Shown here: piece by piece, positions 1-8,417 of the stretch | How positions within the stretch are numbered: position 1 is the stretch's first letter | Layout: every line of letters starts with the position of its first letter | DNA from: an uncultured Staphylococcaceae bacterium | Lineage (GTDB): Bacteria > Bacillota_I > Bacilli_A > RFN20 > CAG-826 | Assembly: GCA_964392865.1 (NCBI GenBank) | Contig: CAYMRJ010000002.1 | Coordinates: 1,574-65,573, forward strand | Length of the DNA: 64,000 nt | Direction: 5' to 3' | The notes under the pieces: generated by a model | Told to the model about the DNA's origin: nothing | Seen by the model: only the letters and a program-made list of their open reading frames with translations | Databases searched by the model: none | Position numbers and translations under genes: made by a program

Positions 1-53
1 TGCCGCTTTTGGGCTTGGCGGTTTCTCTAATTTCCGGCCGGCCTTTTTTAGGA

Positions 54-85
54 AGAAAAAGCCCCGGGCAAAAAACGCCCGGGGC
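54..85 (-). terminator. Rho-independent terminator downstream of lipoprotein gene 99-998
   Basis: 9-bp stem GCCCCGGGC (61-69) pairs with GCCCGGGGC (77-85) around a 7-nt loop. On the minus strand it is followed by a T-run (complement of AAGAAAAA at 53-60). Confidence 0.7.
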
Positions 86-98
86 CTTGGATATTGCT

Positions 99-998
99 TT
101 ATATATGTTCGCTGATCCGGACGGTGAAGAGTTCGTATTCCCCTTCGTCGTAGACCGAGGTATCGAAGGTCAGATAGAGATCGAGGTTTTTGTCGTGGTA
201 GAGGGTGGCATCGGCGTTGGGGAGCCAGCCGCCTTCCTCGAGGATCTCGCCGTAATCAGCGGGATCGACCCCGTAGATATCGATCTCGAAATAGCGCTGC
301 CCCGCTTCCGTTGTTTCGATATCGAAAGGCTCATAGAGGCCTTCGTGCATATAGGGAAGGGAAGAATAGCCTTCGCCGGCTAACTCTAGGAGGCTGGCGT
401 TGATGATGTCCTCCGGCCAGACGGCGTAGGCCTCCTTCTGCCAGATGGAGATGCGGACCATCGTCTGGTCCGCTTCTTCGTCATAGCCGTAGATGCGGAT
501 CTCGAGGCCGTAGTCGATGGATTGGGCCATGACGTAGCGGACGAGGTTGCAGGTCCCTGTTTCCCAATATTCGGTTTCATTGACTTCTTCGGCATAGCCG
601 GTGAAGTCGCCGGAAGCGTACATCTCGATGACATCGTCCTTGCTGACGGACCAGGCCACGTGCCTGACGGTATAGGAGCGTCCGGCATCGAGCTCTCGGC
701 TTGGGGCCGGTATCCCTATATCCCCGTCATAGTCGATGTATTCTTCGAAGTATGCGTTGATGATATCACTTGGCCAGTTGTAGGGCGTTTCATCTTCGGA
801 ACTCGTTTCCGAGGGCTCTTCGTCGCTAGAAGCGGTATCTATAGGATCTTCGCTTGAGGATTCTTCGGTGGATGCGATTTCCGAGGTAAGGGATTCCTCG
901 GTGGTTATCGATGTGTCGCTGCTTCCTAGTTCGTTTCCGCAGGAAGATAGCCCGAGGGCGATCATGGCCAGGAGTAAGGGGATGCTCTTATGGGTCAT
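99..998 (-). CDS. Lipoprotein, WP-module paralog family member L1 (299 aa)
   Basis: Signal peptide plus lipobox MTHKSIPLLLAMIALGLSSCG. Ser/Glu/Thr-rich linker. Two copies of a module starting (Y/F)xWPxxxI (YNWPSDIINAYF...IGIPAPS and YAVWPEDIINASL...LPYM). Shares ASGDFTGY and YDEEADQT motifs with 3537-4817, 5005-6234 and 6334-7224. Confidence 0.8.
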   Translation of the reverse strand: MTHKSIPLLLAMIALGLSSCGNELGSSDTSITTEESLTSEIASTEESSSEDPIDTASSDEEPSETSSEDETPYNWPSDIINAYFEEYIDYDGDIGIPAPSRELDAGRSYTVRHVAWSVSKDDVIEMYASGDFTGYAEEVNETEYWETGTCNLVRYVMAQSIDYGLEIRIYGYDEEADQTMVRISIWQKEAYAVWPEDIINASLLELAGEGYSSLPYMHEGLYEPFDIETTEAGQRYFEIDIYGVDPADYGEILEEGGWLPNADATLYHDKNLDLYLTFDTSVYDEGEYELFTVRISEHI

Positions 999-1087
999 GG
1001 TGGCTTTATTCCTTTCGCTGGATTCCTTATTGTGGCATAAAGCCTTCTCTTTTGGCTTCCTCTAGATTCCTTAACGGTAGGCAGGGC

Positions 1088-1116
1088 AGAAGAAAAGCCT
1101 CCCGTTGATAGGAGGC
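1088..1116 (-). terminator. Rho-independent terminator downstream of 1142-3244
   Basis: Stem AGCCTCC (1095-1101) pairs with GGAGGCT (1110-1116). The minus-strand T-run is the complement of GAAGAAAA. 19 nt (GCAGAAGAAAAGCCTCCCG) are identical to 3484-3502. Confidence 0.65.
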
Positions 1117-1141
1117 TTGGGAACAAAAATCCAAAGGATGA

Positions 1142-3244
1142 TTATTCGGCGAGAAGACTATCGAAGTCGACTTCGGTCGCGCCTTGGCTCGCGGCCTGGA
1201 AGGTGTACGTTAGGAAGGCATAGCTATTGGCAGCCGTGTGGTTGCTGGTCGGCTCATAGATGTAGCAGCTGATGCTGATCGAGCCGTCCTCATAGACGTC
1301 TATGTAGTCATAGGCGCCGGAGATGGTGAAGGAAGCATAGCCGCTGCTGGTCGAGAACCAAGTTTGGCCGCCGAGATAGGTCCCGAGCTTGCCATCGTTG
1401 GTCGCGAAGACGCTGAATTGGTCGAAGAGGCTGACGAAGAGGCCGTTGGTCTGGGTCGTGCCGTCGTAGTCACCGAGGTCGGCGGTCCAGGTCTGGTAGC
1501 CGCCGTTCTCTTCGTAACCGGTGAAGTTCAGGCCGCTTAGCGAAGCGGAATCGATGTTACTGGCAAGGCTGGGGGTGACCCAATCGTACTCGAAAACGTC
1601 GGTGACGCCGTAGAGCCTGCTCACGATGTGGTTGCTAGTGCCGCCATTCCACGGATGGTTGCCGTTTGTGTAGTAGTAGCAACGGCTATCGTTGTTGAAG
1701 TAGGCGAACTCGTAACTCGGCTCTTCGTCCCCGTAGACGGTGACTTCGGAGTAGATGCCGTCGGCCGTGACGTAGTTGGTCTGCTCGACGCTCTTGGTGA
1801 TGCCGAGCCAATCGTTCAGGAAGTGGTCTTCCGGAATCTCGCTGTAGAACTCGTCGTTGGCGTAGTCATAACCGTAGACGCCGATGTCGACGGTGTAGTT
1901 GTCGGCGGCGGCAAGGGCGTCCAAGGCCGTGCCGAGGTCATCGTACTCGATGCCACGGGGCAAGTAATCGGGATTATCGATTGCGTTATCGAGGACATCG
2001 ATGCCGGTCGTCCCGATGTCGGTGATGCCGACGATGACATCGGTGTAATAGGTATAGCCATCGTTGTATGCGTCATAGAAAGTCGGGATAAGGACCAATT
2101 CGTCATTGACGCCGTCCCCGTCGTTGTCGATCCAGCCGAGGATTTGAGCCGGACCGAAGGTGTAGTAGCTGGAGGTACCGAGCGAGAGGTTGTAGAAGAG
2201 GGCTTCCGAGACGCTGGTGCCGCCCAGGATGTAATTGCCGTTGGTCTCATCGGTATAGACGTCGAAGTCGAGCGGATCGAGGACGTTGGCCATCCGGATG
2301 TAGTAGTAGGCGCCGTTGCTTTCGATGCCCGGGTCGAACTCGACGTCGGCGCCTCCGTCGACGAAGTTGCCCCAGTAGTAGTTCCCGTCGCTAAGGGTAG
2401 CGAGGATCTGGCCGCCGAAGGTGCTATAGAGGCCCAGGATGCCGTAATCGTCCGGATCGTACATCGCAGTGTAATTCTCCGTATAGGCGAAGGTGCCGTA
2501 ATGGGTGATATATCCATCGGAGGAGTCGTAGAGCTTGTAGGTGAAGTTCTCGTCGTTATCCAAAATCGGGTAGAGGAAATCGATGACTTCCATCGTCTCG
2601 GCTGTTTTGGCCGTCAGGGAGATCCTCGTGCTCACATTGCCGTCATTGGAAGCGCAGCGGAGGATGCAACTCCCCGCGGCCGTAAACGTGACGACATGGT
2701 TCTCAATCGTGACCACGCTGCTGCTGGTCGTGATGCTATAGGCTTTGTCCGAGCTGCCGTCGCTGTAGTTGACGGTGATGTACTCGTCGAGATCGATCGT
2801 ATCGCCGACGGTAAAGGGATAGTCGCCGAGGCTGTTGGTGATGCTGATAGCGTTCTTTTCCTCCTCATCGGGCTCCGGCTCGGGCTCAGGCTCAGGTTCC
2901 TCGCTTGTTGAAGTCGCGGGCTCTTCGCTGGTAGAAGAAGCAGGTTCCTCGCTTGAGGATGGCCCTGGTTCGTCGCTCGTCGAGGCCGTCGGCCCTTCGC
3001 TGCTCGAAGAGGTAGGCCCTTCGCTGCTGGAAGAAGCGGGCTCCTCGCTCGAAGTCGCAGACGGATCTCCGCTAGATGAGGAATCCCCGGTTTCCGAGTC
3101 GCTCGAAATGATGCTATCGATGATTTCCGAACTATCGGTATCGCCTGTGCTTTGGGCGGAACCGGTTAGGCCTGCGATATCAAAACAGGACGTTAGCCCG
3201 AAAGCGGCGATTGCCAATAAAAGCGGCAGTTTCTTGGTTTTCAT
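1142..3244 (-). CDS. Large surface lipoprotein L2 (700 aa) with Ser/Glu/Pro-rich repeat linker, Ig-like segment and Tyr/Asp/Gly/Asn-rich C-terminal domain
   Basis: Lipobox MKTKKLPLLLAIAAFGLTSCF. The linker runs SSEEPASSSSEGPTSSSSEGPTASTSDEPGPSSSEEPASSTSEEPATSTSEEPEPEPEPEPDEEE. A segment ITVNYSDGSS...VTFTAAGSCILRCAS looks like a bacterial Ig-like (Big_2-type) domain by pattern only. Confidence 0.8.
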   Translation of the reverse strand: MKTKKLPLLLAIAAFGLTSCFDIAGLTGSAQSTGDTDSSEIIDSIISSDSETGDSSSSGDPSATSSEEPASSSSEGPTSSSSEGPTASTSDEPGPSSSEEPASSTSEEPATSTSEEPEPEPEPEPDEEEKNAISITNSLGDYPFTVGDTIDLDEYITVNYSDGSSDKAYSITTSSSVVTIENHVVTFTAAGSCILRCASNDGNVSTRISLTAKTAETMEVIDFLYPILDNDENFTYKLYDSSDGYITHYGTFAYTENYTAMYDPDDYGILGLYSTFGGQILATLSDGNYYWGNFVDGGADVEFDPGIESNGAYYYIRMANVLDPLDFDVYTDETNGNYILGGTSVSEALFYNLSLGTSSYYTFGPAQILGWIDNDGDGVNDELVLIPTFYDAYNDGYTYYTDVIVGITDIGTTGIDVLDNAIDNPDYLPRGIEYDDLGTALDALAAADNYTVDIGVYGYDYANDEFYSEIPEDHFLNDWLGITKSVEQTNYVTADGIYSEVTVYGDEEPSYEFAYFNNDSRCYYYTNGNHPWNGGTSNHIVSRLYGVTDVFEYDWVTPSLASNIDSASLSGLNFTGYEENGGYQTWTADLGDYDGTTQTNGLFVSLFDQFSVFATNDGKLGTYLGGQTWFSTSSGYASFTISGAYDYIDVYEDGSISISCYIYEPTSNHTAANSYAFLTYTFQAASQGATEVDFDSLLAE
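2855..3148 (-). repeat. Imperfect tandem coding repeats (Ser/Glu/Pro-rich linker of L2)
   Basis: Reiterated ~27-30 nt units. On the plus strand, GGCCCTTCGCTGCTCGAAGAGGTA is followed by GGCCCTTCGCTGCTGGAAGAAGCG. A GGCTC(C/G/A)GG run encodes the (PE)n tract. Confidence 0.6.
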
Positions 3245-3485
3245 ATCCCCCTCATTCCTTTCCTTTCTGTTCCGGCCTTCCTTGCCGGGTTTAGAACGAT
3301 ATAAACAGGGTTTTATGGCCGTTACAAGGCTAATTTACTAATTGATGGGGTGCCTATCTATTTCCAAGGGAATTTTCCAACAGCGAAAAGACTTGAAAAT
3401 AGGCAAGTTTTTCAAATACGCCATTCTTTAGCCCTTATCGTTTTCTTAACAAAAGCATTACTCCAAAACACTAGGAAATCCGAGC

Positions 3486-3516
3486 AGAAGAAAAGCCTCC
3501 CGATTGGCGGGAGGCT
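3486..3516 (-). terminator. Rho-independent terminator downstream of 3537-4817
   Basis: Stem AGCCTCCC (3494-3501) pairs with GGGAGGCT (3509-3516). The minus-strand T-run is the complement of AGAAGAAAA. Confidence 0.65.
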
Positions 3517-3536
3517 AGAAGGAGAGAAGCGGTTAT

Positions 3537-4817
3537 TTATTCTCCGGCAGGAAGGTAGTTGGTGTAGTTTCCGAACTGCACTACTGCATAGAGGCTGCAT
3601 CCGGCCGAAGAGGGCCCGTAGACGTAGACGACGGCATAGCCGGTGCTGGCCAGGTAGACTCCGTAGTCCGAGAGGTAGATCCAGTCGTCGGATTCATTGA
3701 GGAGTGCCGTGTATGCCGAAGTGAGGTCGACGGTATTCCCTTCGTCATCGAACTCCCAGAGCCAGATGTACATGACGTACTGCTGGTAGGCGCTGAGATA
3801 GCCGGCGCTCATGCTGGCCAGATCGTAGCCGAGGGTAGCAAACGAAGGCAGGCTTCCGGTCACGTAGCCGTTGGAGAGGTAGGAGATGTAGTAGGAAGCC
3901 AAGTAATCGAAGGTCGCGGCTTCCTCTTCGACGTAGAAGACGACGGTCGTGGCATAGACCTCGATGACGATGCAGCCATACTCCGAGAAGTAGCTATCTT
4001 CGACATAGACGACGTAATCGAGGTTCGGATCGCCGTAGTAGGCGGAGGAACCGGCGGCGATCGTAATGAAGCCGGCGGCCTTAAGCGCGGCAATGTAATC
4101 GGCGCTGAAATCGGTCGCCGTATAGACCTCGATGGTGAAGTAATCGCCGTAGTCGGTTTCGGTGTAATCGCCGAGGACAGCGATCTGGATGATATCGTCC
4201 GAGACGGTCGGAAGGGCCGTCGCCCCGCTTCCGGCCAGATCATCCATCCAGCCATCGAGGGTGGTTTCGGGCCAGACGGCGTAATAGTCCCATGAATTGA
4301 CGGAGATGTAGATGAGAGTCGTATCCGCGTCCGAATCGTAGTCATAAACGACGATCTGGAGGGCTTCGTCGGTCGAGTGGGCGAATTCGCACCCCGAGAC
4401 CGCCAGGCTCGGTTCGAGCCAGTCGCCGGTAGCGACGGCTTCGTCGATATAGGCATCTCCGTCGAATTCTCCGGTGGCGGTGATGGCGATGATGCGGTCG
4501 GTCGTGCCGTTCCAAGCCAAAGAGGTATCGATGGTGAAGGTGTGGCCTTCCGTGAGGGTCTCGCTCGGGGTCGGGATGGCGATATCGCCGGTATAGCCGA
4601 CGATGGAAGTAAGAGCCTCGGCGATTTCGTCCGTCGGCCAGCCGGCTTCTTCTTCATCGGAAGAGGATTCTTCTGTTGAGGTGCTGTCGTCTAGGATTTC
4701 CGAGGTCGAGGCTTCTTCGGATTCGGCGGTTAGCTCAGACGAGTCTCCCCCCCCTCCACAAGAAGCCAGTCCCAATGCGGCGATCGCTAGTAGCAGCGGG
4801 ATTTTCTTAGTGCGCAT
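3537..4817 (-). CDS. Lipoprotein, WP-module family member L3 (426 aa)
   Basis: Lipobox MRTKKIPLLLAIAALGLASCG. Modules AGWPTDEIAEAL...IAIPTPS and YAVWPETTLDGWMDDLAGSGATALPTV. An extra C-terminal domain carries EFDDEGNTVD...DDWIY, shared with L4. SD AAAGGAG lies upstream. Confidence 0.8.
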   Translation of the reverse strand: MRTKKIPLLLAIAALGLASCGGGGDSSELTAESEEASTSEILDDSTSTEESSSDEEEAGWPTDEIAEALTSIVGYTGDIAIPTPSETLTEGHTFTIDTSLAWNGTTDRIIAITATGEFDGDAYIDEAVATGDWLEPSLAVSGCEFAHSTDEALQIVVYDYDSDADTTLIYISVNSWDYYAVWPETTLDGWMDDLAGSGATALPTVSDDIIQIAVLGDYTETDYGDYFTIEVYTATDFSADYIAALKAAGFITIAAGSSAYYGDPNLDYVVYVEDSYFSEYGCIVIEVYATTVVFYVEEEAATFDYLASYYISYLSNGYVTGSLPSFATLGYDLASMSAGYLSAYQQYVMYIWLWEFDDEGNTVDLTSAYTALLNESDDWIYLSDYGVYLASTGYAVVYVYGPSSAGCSLYAVVQFGNYTNYLPAGE

Positions 4818-5004
4818 CTTTCATGCTCCTTTCTGATCGGTGGTATTAGCCACTGCCCGGCAGGGGGTATCCCCGCCGAGGATGGGCGATATCAAAGACG
4901 CTTTTTCGATAATTTCAACTATTAATTGCCAAATTCTCTTAAATATCTAGGTATAGGAAAGGAAGCGGGTTTGGTTCTCCGGTTCATAGGAAAAGGGCAG
5001 ATGG

Positions 5005-6234
5005 TCACCCTATTTCGTCGATGACGATGACCATGCTGGCCCCGATATCTTCGGGGCCCCAGAGATCAAGCGTAAGCTTTCCGATGACGGTATCGGTCCA
5101 GCATCCGAGTCCTTCGTCCCAAACCCAGTCTTCGGAGGCGTCTATCGAGGGGATGTAGTCCTCCCTGATATCGAGCATGTTCCCATCTTCGTCGAACTTG
5201 TAGGTATAGGTCCTGACCCAGTTCTCGCCGATGTCCCAACTCTCGGTCCAGCCGCAGTCGAAATCGAAATCATAGGTCGGGATGGCGGGCAGGTTATCGC
5301 TCCAGACGTAGCCCATCTGGTTATTGGTCGATTTCTCGAGGGTTTCCGCCTCGAGGGTGTAATGCCAGTTGATCGTGGCGACCTCGAGGCAGAACTGCGC
5401 GACTTCTTCATAGAAGTCCCAGACCCGGACGCTATAGGAGATGGTCGGATCGATGTAGTAGACGCAGCCGTAGCGGACATCGGGATGGAAGCCGTTTTCC
5501 AAAAGCAGATCGTCATAGTCCTTCGGCGGGACGTCGCAGACGTAGAAATAGAAGTAATCCCATGTATCGAGCACGCGGTCCGGCTCCAAGAGGACATAGC
5601 GGCTGGCGCCTTCCAATATGGGCAACGGAGCGCAGTTCTCTCCGAAAAGATCGTCCATATACCCTTCGATGATCGCTTCCGGCCAGACGGCGAAGTTCCC
5701 GGTCGATAGGGCGATGGTCAATTCGGTCACGTCCTCTTCCTCATCATAGGGATAGAGGCGCATTTCCAATACGTAATCCGTCCCGTGGTAGAGGGTGAAG
5801 CCGTCGGCGAATCGGTAACTCGGGGATAGCCACTCTCCGGTCGCCATTATTTCGTCCCCGTAGGCCGAGAAATCGCCCTCGATATCCATGAGGATCGAGG
5901 CCGTTCCGTCTTCCGATGTTTCAAGCGTCAATTCGTAGGCTTGTCCGTCATAAACGGCTTCGCTCGGGGTCGGGACCTCTATATCGGTCTCGGCACCCAA
6001 GTGGCTTACGATATAGGAAGTGATTTCCTCGGCGGGCCAGGAGTAGGCAAAGGGGCCATCGGAACTCCATGTTCCTGTATCGCTCGAAGATTCCTCGCCT
6101 AGAGATGACGAAACGTCCGATAGGGAAGCGCTGCCTTCGCTCGGCGGGGTTTCGCTGTCGCTTGATGTGCCGCCGCAGGAAGAAAGAAGAAGAGCGGCTA
6201 GCCCTAGGACGGGAAATAGGTTGCGTTTGGCCAT
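5005..6234 (-). CDS. Lipoprotein, WP-module family member L4 (409 aa)
   Basis: Lipobox MAKRNLFPVLGLAALLLSSCG. Modules YSWPAEEITSYI...IEVPTPS and FAVWPEAIIEGYMDDLFGENCAPLPIL. The C-terminal domain carries KFDEDGNMLD...EDWVW. SD GGGAGGA lies upstream. Confidence 0.8.
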   Translation of the reverse strand: MAKRNLFPVLGLAALLLSSCGGTSSDSETPPSEGSASLSDVSSSLGEESSSDTGTWSSDGPFAYSWPAEEITSYIVSHLGAETDIEVPTPSEAVYDGQAYELTLETSEDGTASILMDIEGDFSAYGDEIMATGEWLSPSYRFADGFTLYHGTDYVLEMRLYPYDEEEDVTELTIALSTGNFAVWPEAIIEGYMDDLFGENCAPLPILEGASRYVLLEPDRVLDTWDYFYFYVCDVPPKDYDDLLLENGFHPDVRYGCVYYIDPTISYSVRVWDFYEEVAQFCLEVATINWHYTLEAETLEKSTNNQMGYVWSDNLPAIPTYDFDFDCGWTESWDIGENWVRTYTYKFDEDGNMLDIREDYIPSIDASEDWVWDEGLGCWTDTVIGKLTLDLWGPEDIGASMVIVIDEIG

Positions 6235-6305
6235 AAAGGATCCTCCCTTATGAACCGTATATTAAACACTTCCTTAACAATTTTGCTAGGTCTTTATGGG
6301 GACTG

Positions 6306-6327
6306 ATGAAAAGGCGGCATAGCCGCC
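6306..6327 (-). terminator. Rho-independent terminator downstream of 6334-7224
   Basis: Stem GGCGGC (6313-6318) pairs with GCCGCC (6322-6327) around loop ATA. The minus-strand T-run is TTTTCATC. Confidence 0.6.
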
Positions 6328-6333
6328 TATTTG

Positions 6334-7224
6334 TCAGTACCAGTAGGAGATCTTCCTGACCCGTATCCTCAATCGGGTGTCGCCGTTCTGGGTCAGTTCG
6401 GTCAGCTCGATTCCGTAAGACGATTTGGGATCGACATAGATGTCGTTCGCCTCGTCATAGGCAAAGGATGCTTCCGTTAGGATGGGTTCGTAGTCGCTTA
6501 TGAGGGTCGTATAGGAAGCGACGTCGAAGAAGTTGCCGTTGTTGGTGACGGTATATAGGGTCCCGGTCGTTATGGGCGGGAGGGCAACGGCGTCATTTCC
6601 GATGACGCTATTCATGGCGGTCGCCACCGCCTCGGTCGGCCAGCCGGCATAATAGGAAGAGGACTTGGCGATCTGCAGGGTCGTATAGCCATCCTCTTCG
6701 TCGTAATGGAAGACCAGTAGCTGAAGGGTCAAATCTGGCGAGTTCAGGAATTCCGCGTTGGCGTAGACCTGGATCCCGGCCTTAAGCCAGCCGGCTTCCG
6801 CGGCTTCTTCGATATAGCCGGTGAAATCGCCGGCGGCTTCGATCTGGATGGCGCCATAGGAAGCATTCCCATAAACGTCATATGTCCTTCCGGCCGATAG
6901 CTCTTCGCTCGGAGCCGGTATCTCCACTGTCGAGCCGACGTACTGGTAGAGGAGATCGGCGATTTCCCCGGCCGGCCATTCTTCGTACTGCAAAGTGACA
7001 TCATAGGTTGGAGTCGTATCGATAGGTTCTTCGCTGGATGTTTCATCCAAAGATGAACTCTCTTTTGGGGATTCCGAAGACTCGCTTTCGATGGAAGAGG
7101 TTTCTTCGGAAACGCCCGACAGGGAAGAAGTGCTTTCGTCTGAATCTACCGAGGTGTCATCCCCACAGGAAGATAGGCCGATCGCCGTGAGTGCCAGGAA
7201 AAGGAAAATCGCCTTCGCTTTCAT
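6334..7224 (-). CDS. Lipoprotein, WP-module family member L5 (296 aa)
   Basis: Lipobox MKAKAIFLFLALTAIGLSSCG. Modules EEWPAGEIADLL...VEIPAPS and YAGWPTEAVATAMNSVIGNDAVALPPI. Also AAGDFTGYIEEA and HYDEEDGYTT. No clear SD; it lies 47 nt downstream of the TtcA-like gene, so co-transcription is possible. Confidence 0.8.
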   Translation of the reverse strand: MKAKAIFLFLALTAIGLSSCGDDTSVDSDESTSSLSGVSEETSSIESESSESPKESSSLDETSSEEPIDTTPTYDVTLQYEEWPAGEIADLLYQYVGSTVEIPAPSEELSAGRTYDVYGNASYGAIQIEAAGDFTGYIEEAAEAGWLKAGIQVYANAEFLNSPDLTLQLLVFHYDEEDGYTTLQIAKSSSYYAGWPTEAVATAMNSVIGNDAVALPPITTGTLYTVTNNGNFFDVASYTTLISDYEPILTEASFAYDEANDIYVDPKSSYGIELTELTQNGDTRLRIRVRKISYWY

Positions 7225-7271
7225 AAGAAGCCATTAAAAGGAAACGGGGATGATTTTCAAGGAATGGTTCT

Positions 7272-8417
7272 CTAGAGGCCGGTCTTGAGATGCCAGCACT
7301 TCTTCTGGACGCTCGGCTCGTAGCCATAGACGAAGCCGAGCCTTTTGGCGAGCTTGGCATGCCCACCTTCCATGATGACGAGGAGGGGGATGATTTTCTT
7401 GGATAGCCTGGCGATGAGGTTGCTTAGGCCTCTATAAAGGGCTTCTTCGTCGCCTGATAAATCAAAGAAGCGGTAGCGGTGGGCAAGGACCCTTTGGACG
7501 GCGATTTCGGCGACGGGTTTGTGTTTATGAAGGACTTGGTAATCAGTTTCGCCTTCATAGCTTTTGCGGGCGGCGAAGGATGTCCCCCTGATCCCTTCGG
7601 CGGTCACCAAGGGCTTGAGGGAATATTCGCTCGGGTCTTCTTCGCCGAGTTCGTAGTCATCGAAGTAGAGGCAGAAGGATTCGTAATTCCCGAGCATCGA
7701 CATGAAGTTCTTCTCGCTTCCGGGATATCTCTTGTAGAGATCGAGAAGCGTTTCCTTGACCTTCTGGCGGTCGGTATAGCCATCGGCCGGGCAAGGGGAT
7801 TTGATGACGGGGAATTCCATTTCCTTGGCCAGATCGGTCGTCTGCTTCTCGGCGCAGTAGATTAGGGGCCTAATGAAGGTGAGGCCGGAACGCTTCAGTT
7901 CCATCTTCGGGGCAAAGGTCGCGACCCTTCCCCCGTGGAGCATGTTCATGAAGAGGGTTTCGACGGCATCGTCCTTATGGTGGGCGAAGGCCACCTTGTT
8001 GCACCTTAGCCTTTTGGCTTGGGCATTCATGGCCGCCTTCTTCATCCTCGAGCAGATGGAGCAGGGGAGGTGCTTGCCCGGTTCCTGATGGGCTTTTAGG
8101 ACATCGTAGACGAAGGTCGAATCGTCGATGATGAGTTTTAGTCCGAGGTCGCTGCAGAACTTCTTGAGCGCTTCGACATCGACATTGCCGAATCCGAGAT
8201 CGAGGTAGATGGGGAAGAGCTTGAAGGATTTGCCGGCGAACTTCCCGTAAAGCGATAGGGCGTAAAGGAGGCTAAGGGAATCTTTGCCGCCGCTAAGGCC
8301 GATGGCGATCCGATCGCCCTTATCGATGAGCGAAAAATCCGAATCGGCCCTTCTGATGGCCGCCAAAACGCTCCTTATGTGTTTACCCTTCGGCATGGCG
8401 GCATTATAAAATGCCAT
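7272..8417 (-). CDS. PP-loop ATP pyrophosphatase, TtcA-like tRNA thiolation enzyme with ~120-aa C-terminal extension
   Basis: PP-loop GLSGGKDSLS. LPCSICSRMKK and AFAHHKDDAVETLFMN are typical of the TtcA family. An alternative start at 8396 (MPKGKH) is possible. Confidence 0.75.
   Translation of the reverse strand: MAFYNAAMPKGKHIRSVLAAIRRADSDFSLIDKGDRIAIGLSGGKDSLSLLYALSLYGKFAGKSFKLFPIYLDLGFGNVDVEALKKFCSDLGLKLIIDDSTFVYDVLKAHQEPGKHLPCSICSRMKKAAMNAQAKRLRCNKVAFAHHKDDAVETLFMNMLHGGRVATFAPKMELKRSGLTFIRPLIYCAEKQTTDLAKEMEFPVIKSPCPADGYTDRQKVKETLLDLYKRYPGSEKNFMSMLGNYESFCLYFDDYELGEEDPSEYSLKPLVTAEGIRGTSFAARKSYEGETDYQVLHKHKPVAEIAVQRVLAHRYRFFDLSGDEEALYRGLSNLIARLSKKIIPLLVIMEGGHAKLAKRLGFVYGYEPSVQKKCWHLKTGL

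Noticed and set aside
9-383. 124-aa plus-strand ORF at the window start.
   Set aside because: It is antisense to the 3' end of lipoprotein gene L1 and spans that gene's terminator hairpin. It has no motif support.
1628-2911. Other very long antisense ORFs: 1628-2911 (+), 13138-14097 (-), 26818-27714 (-), 31745-32677 (+), 35927-36688 (-), 54487-55626 (-) and 61186-62253 (-).
   Set aside because: Same reasoning as above. Each lies entirely inside a confidently identified gene on the other strand (L2 lipoprotein, pnp, ftsK, rsmF-like, MBL lipoprotein, the 622-aa protein, dnaJ) and shows composition typical of shadow frames.
3245-3536. Possible small RNA or tRNA gene in the largest non-coding gaps (3245-3536, 4818-5004, 57551-57765).
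   Set aside because: I could trace no cloverleaf-compatible stems, no conserved T-loop (GTTCRANNC) context and no rRNA-like segments. These gaps are adequately explained as promoter, leader or terminator regions of the flanking genes.
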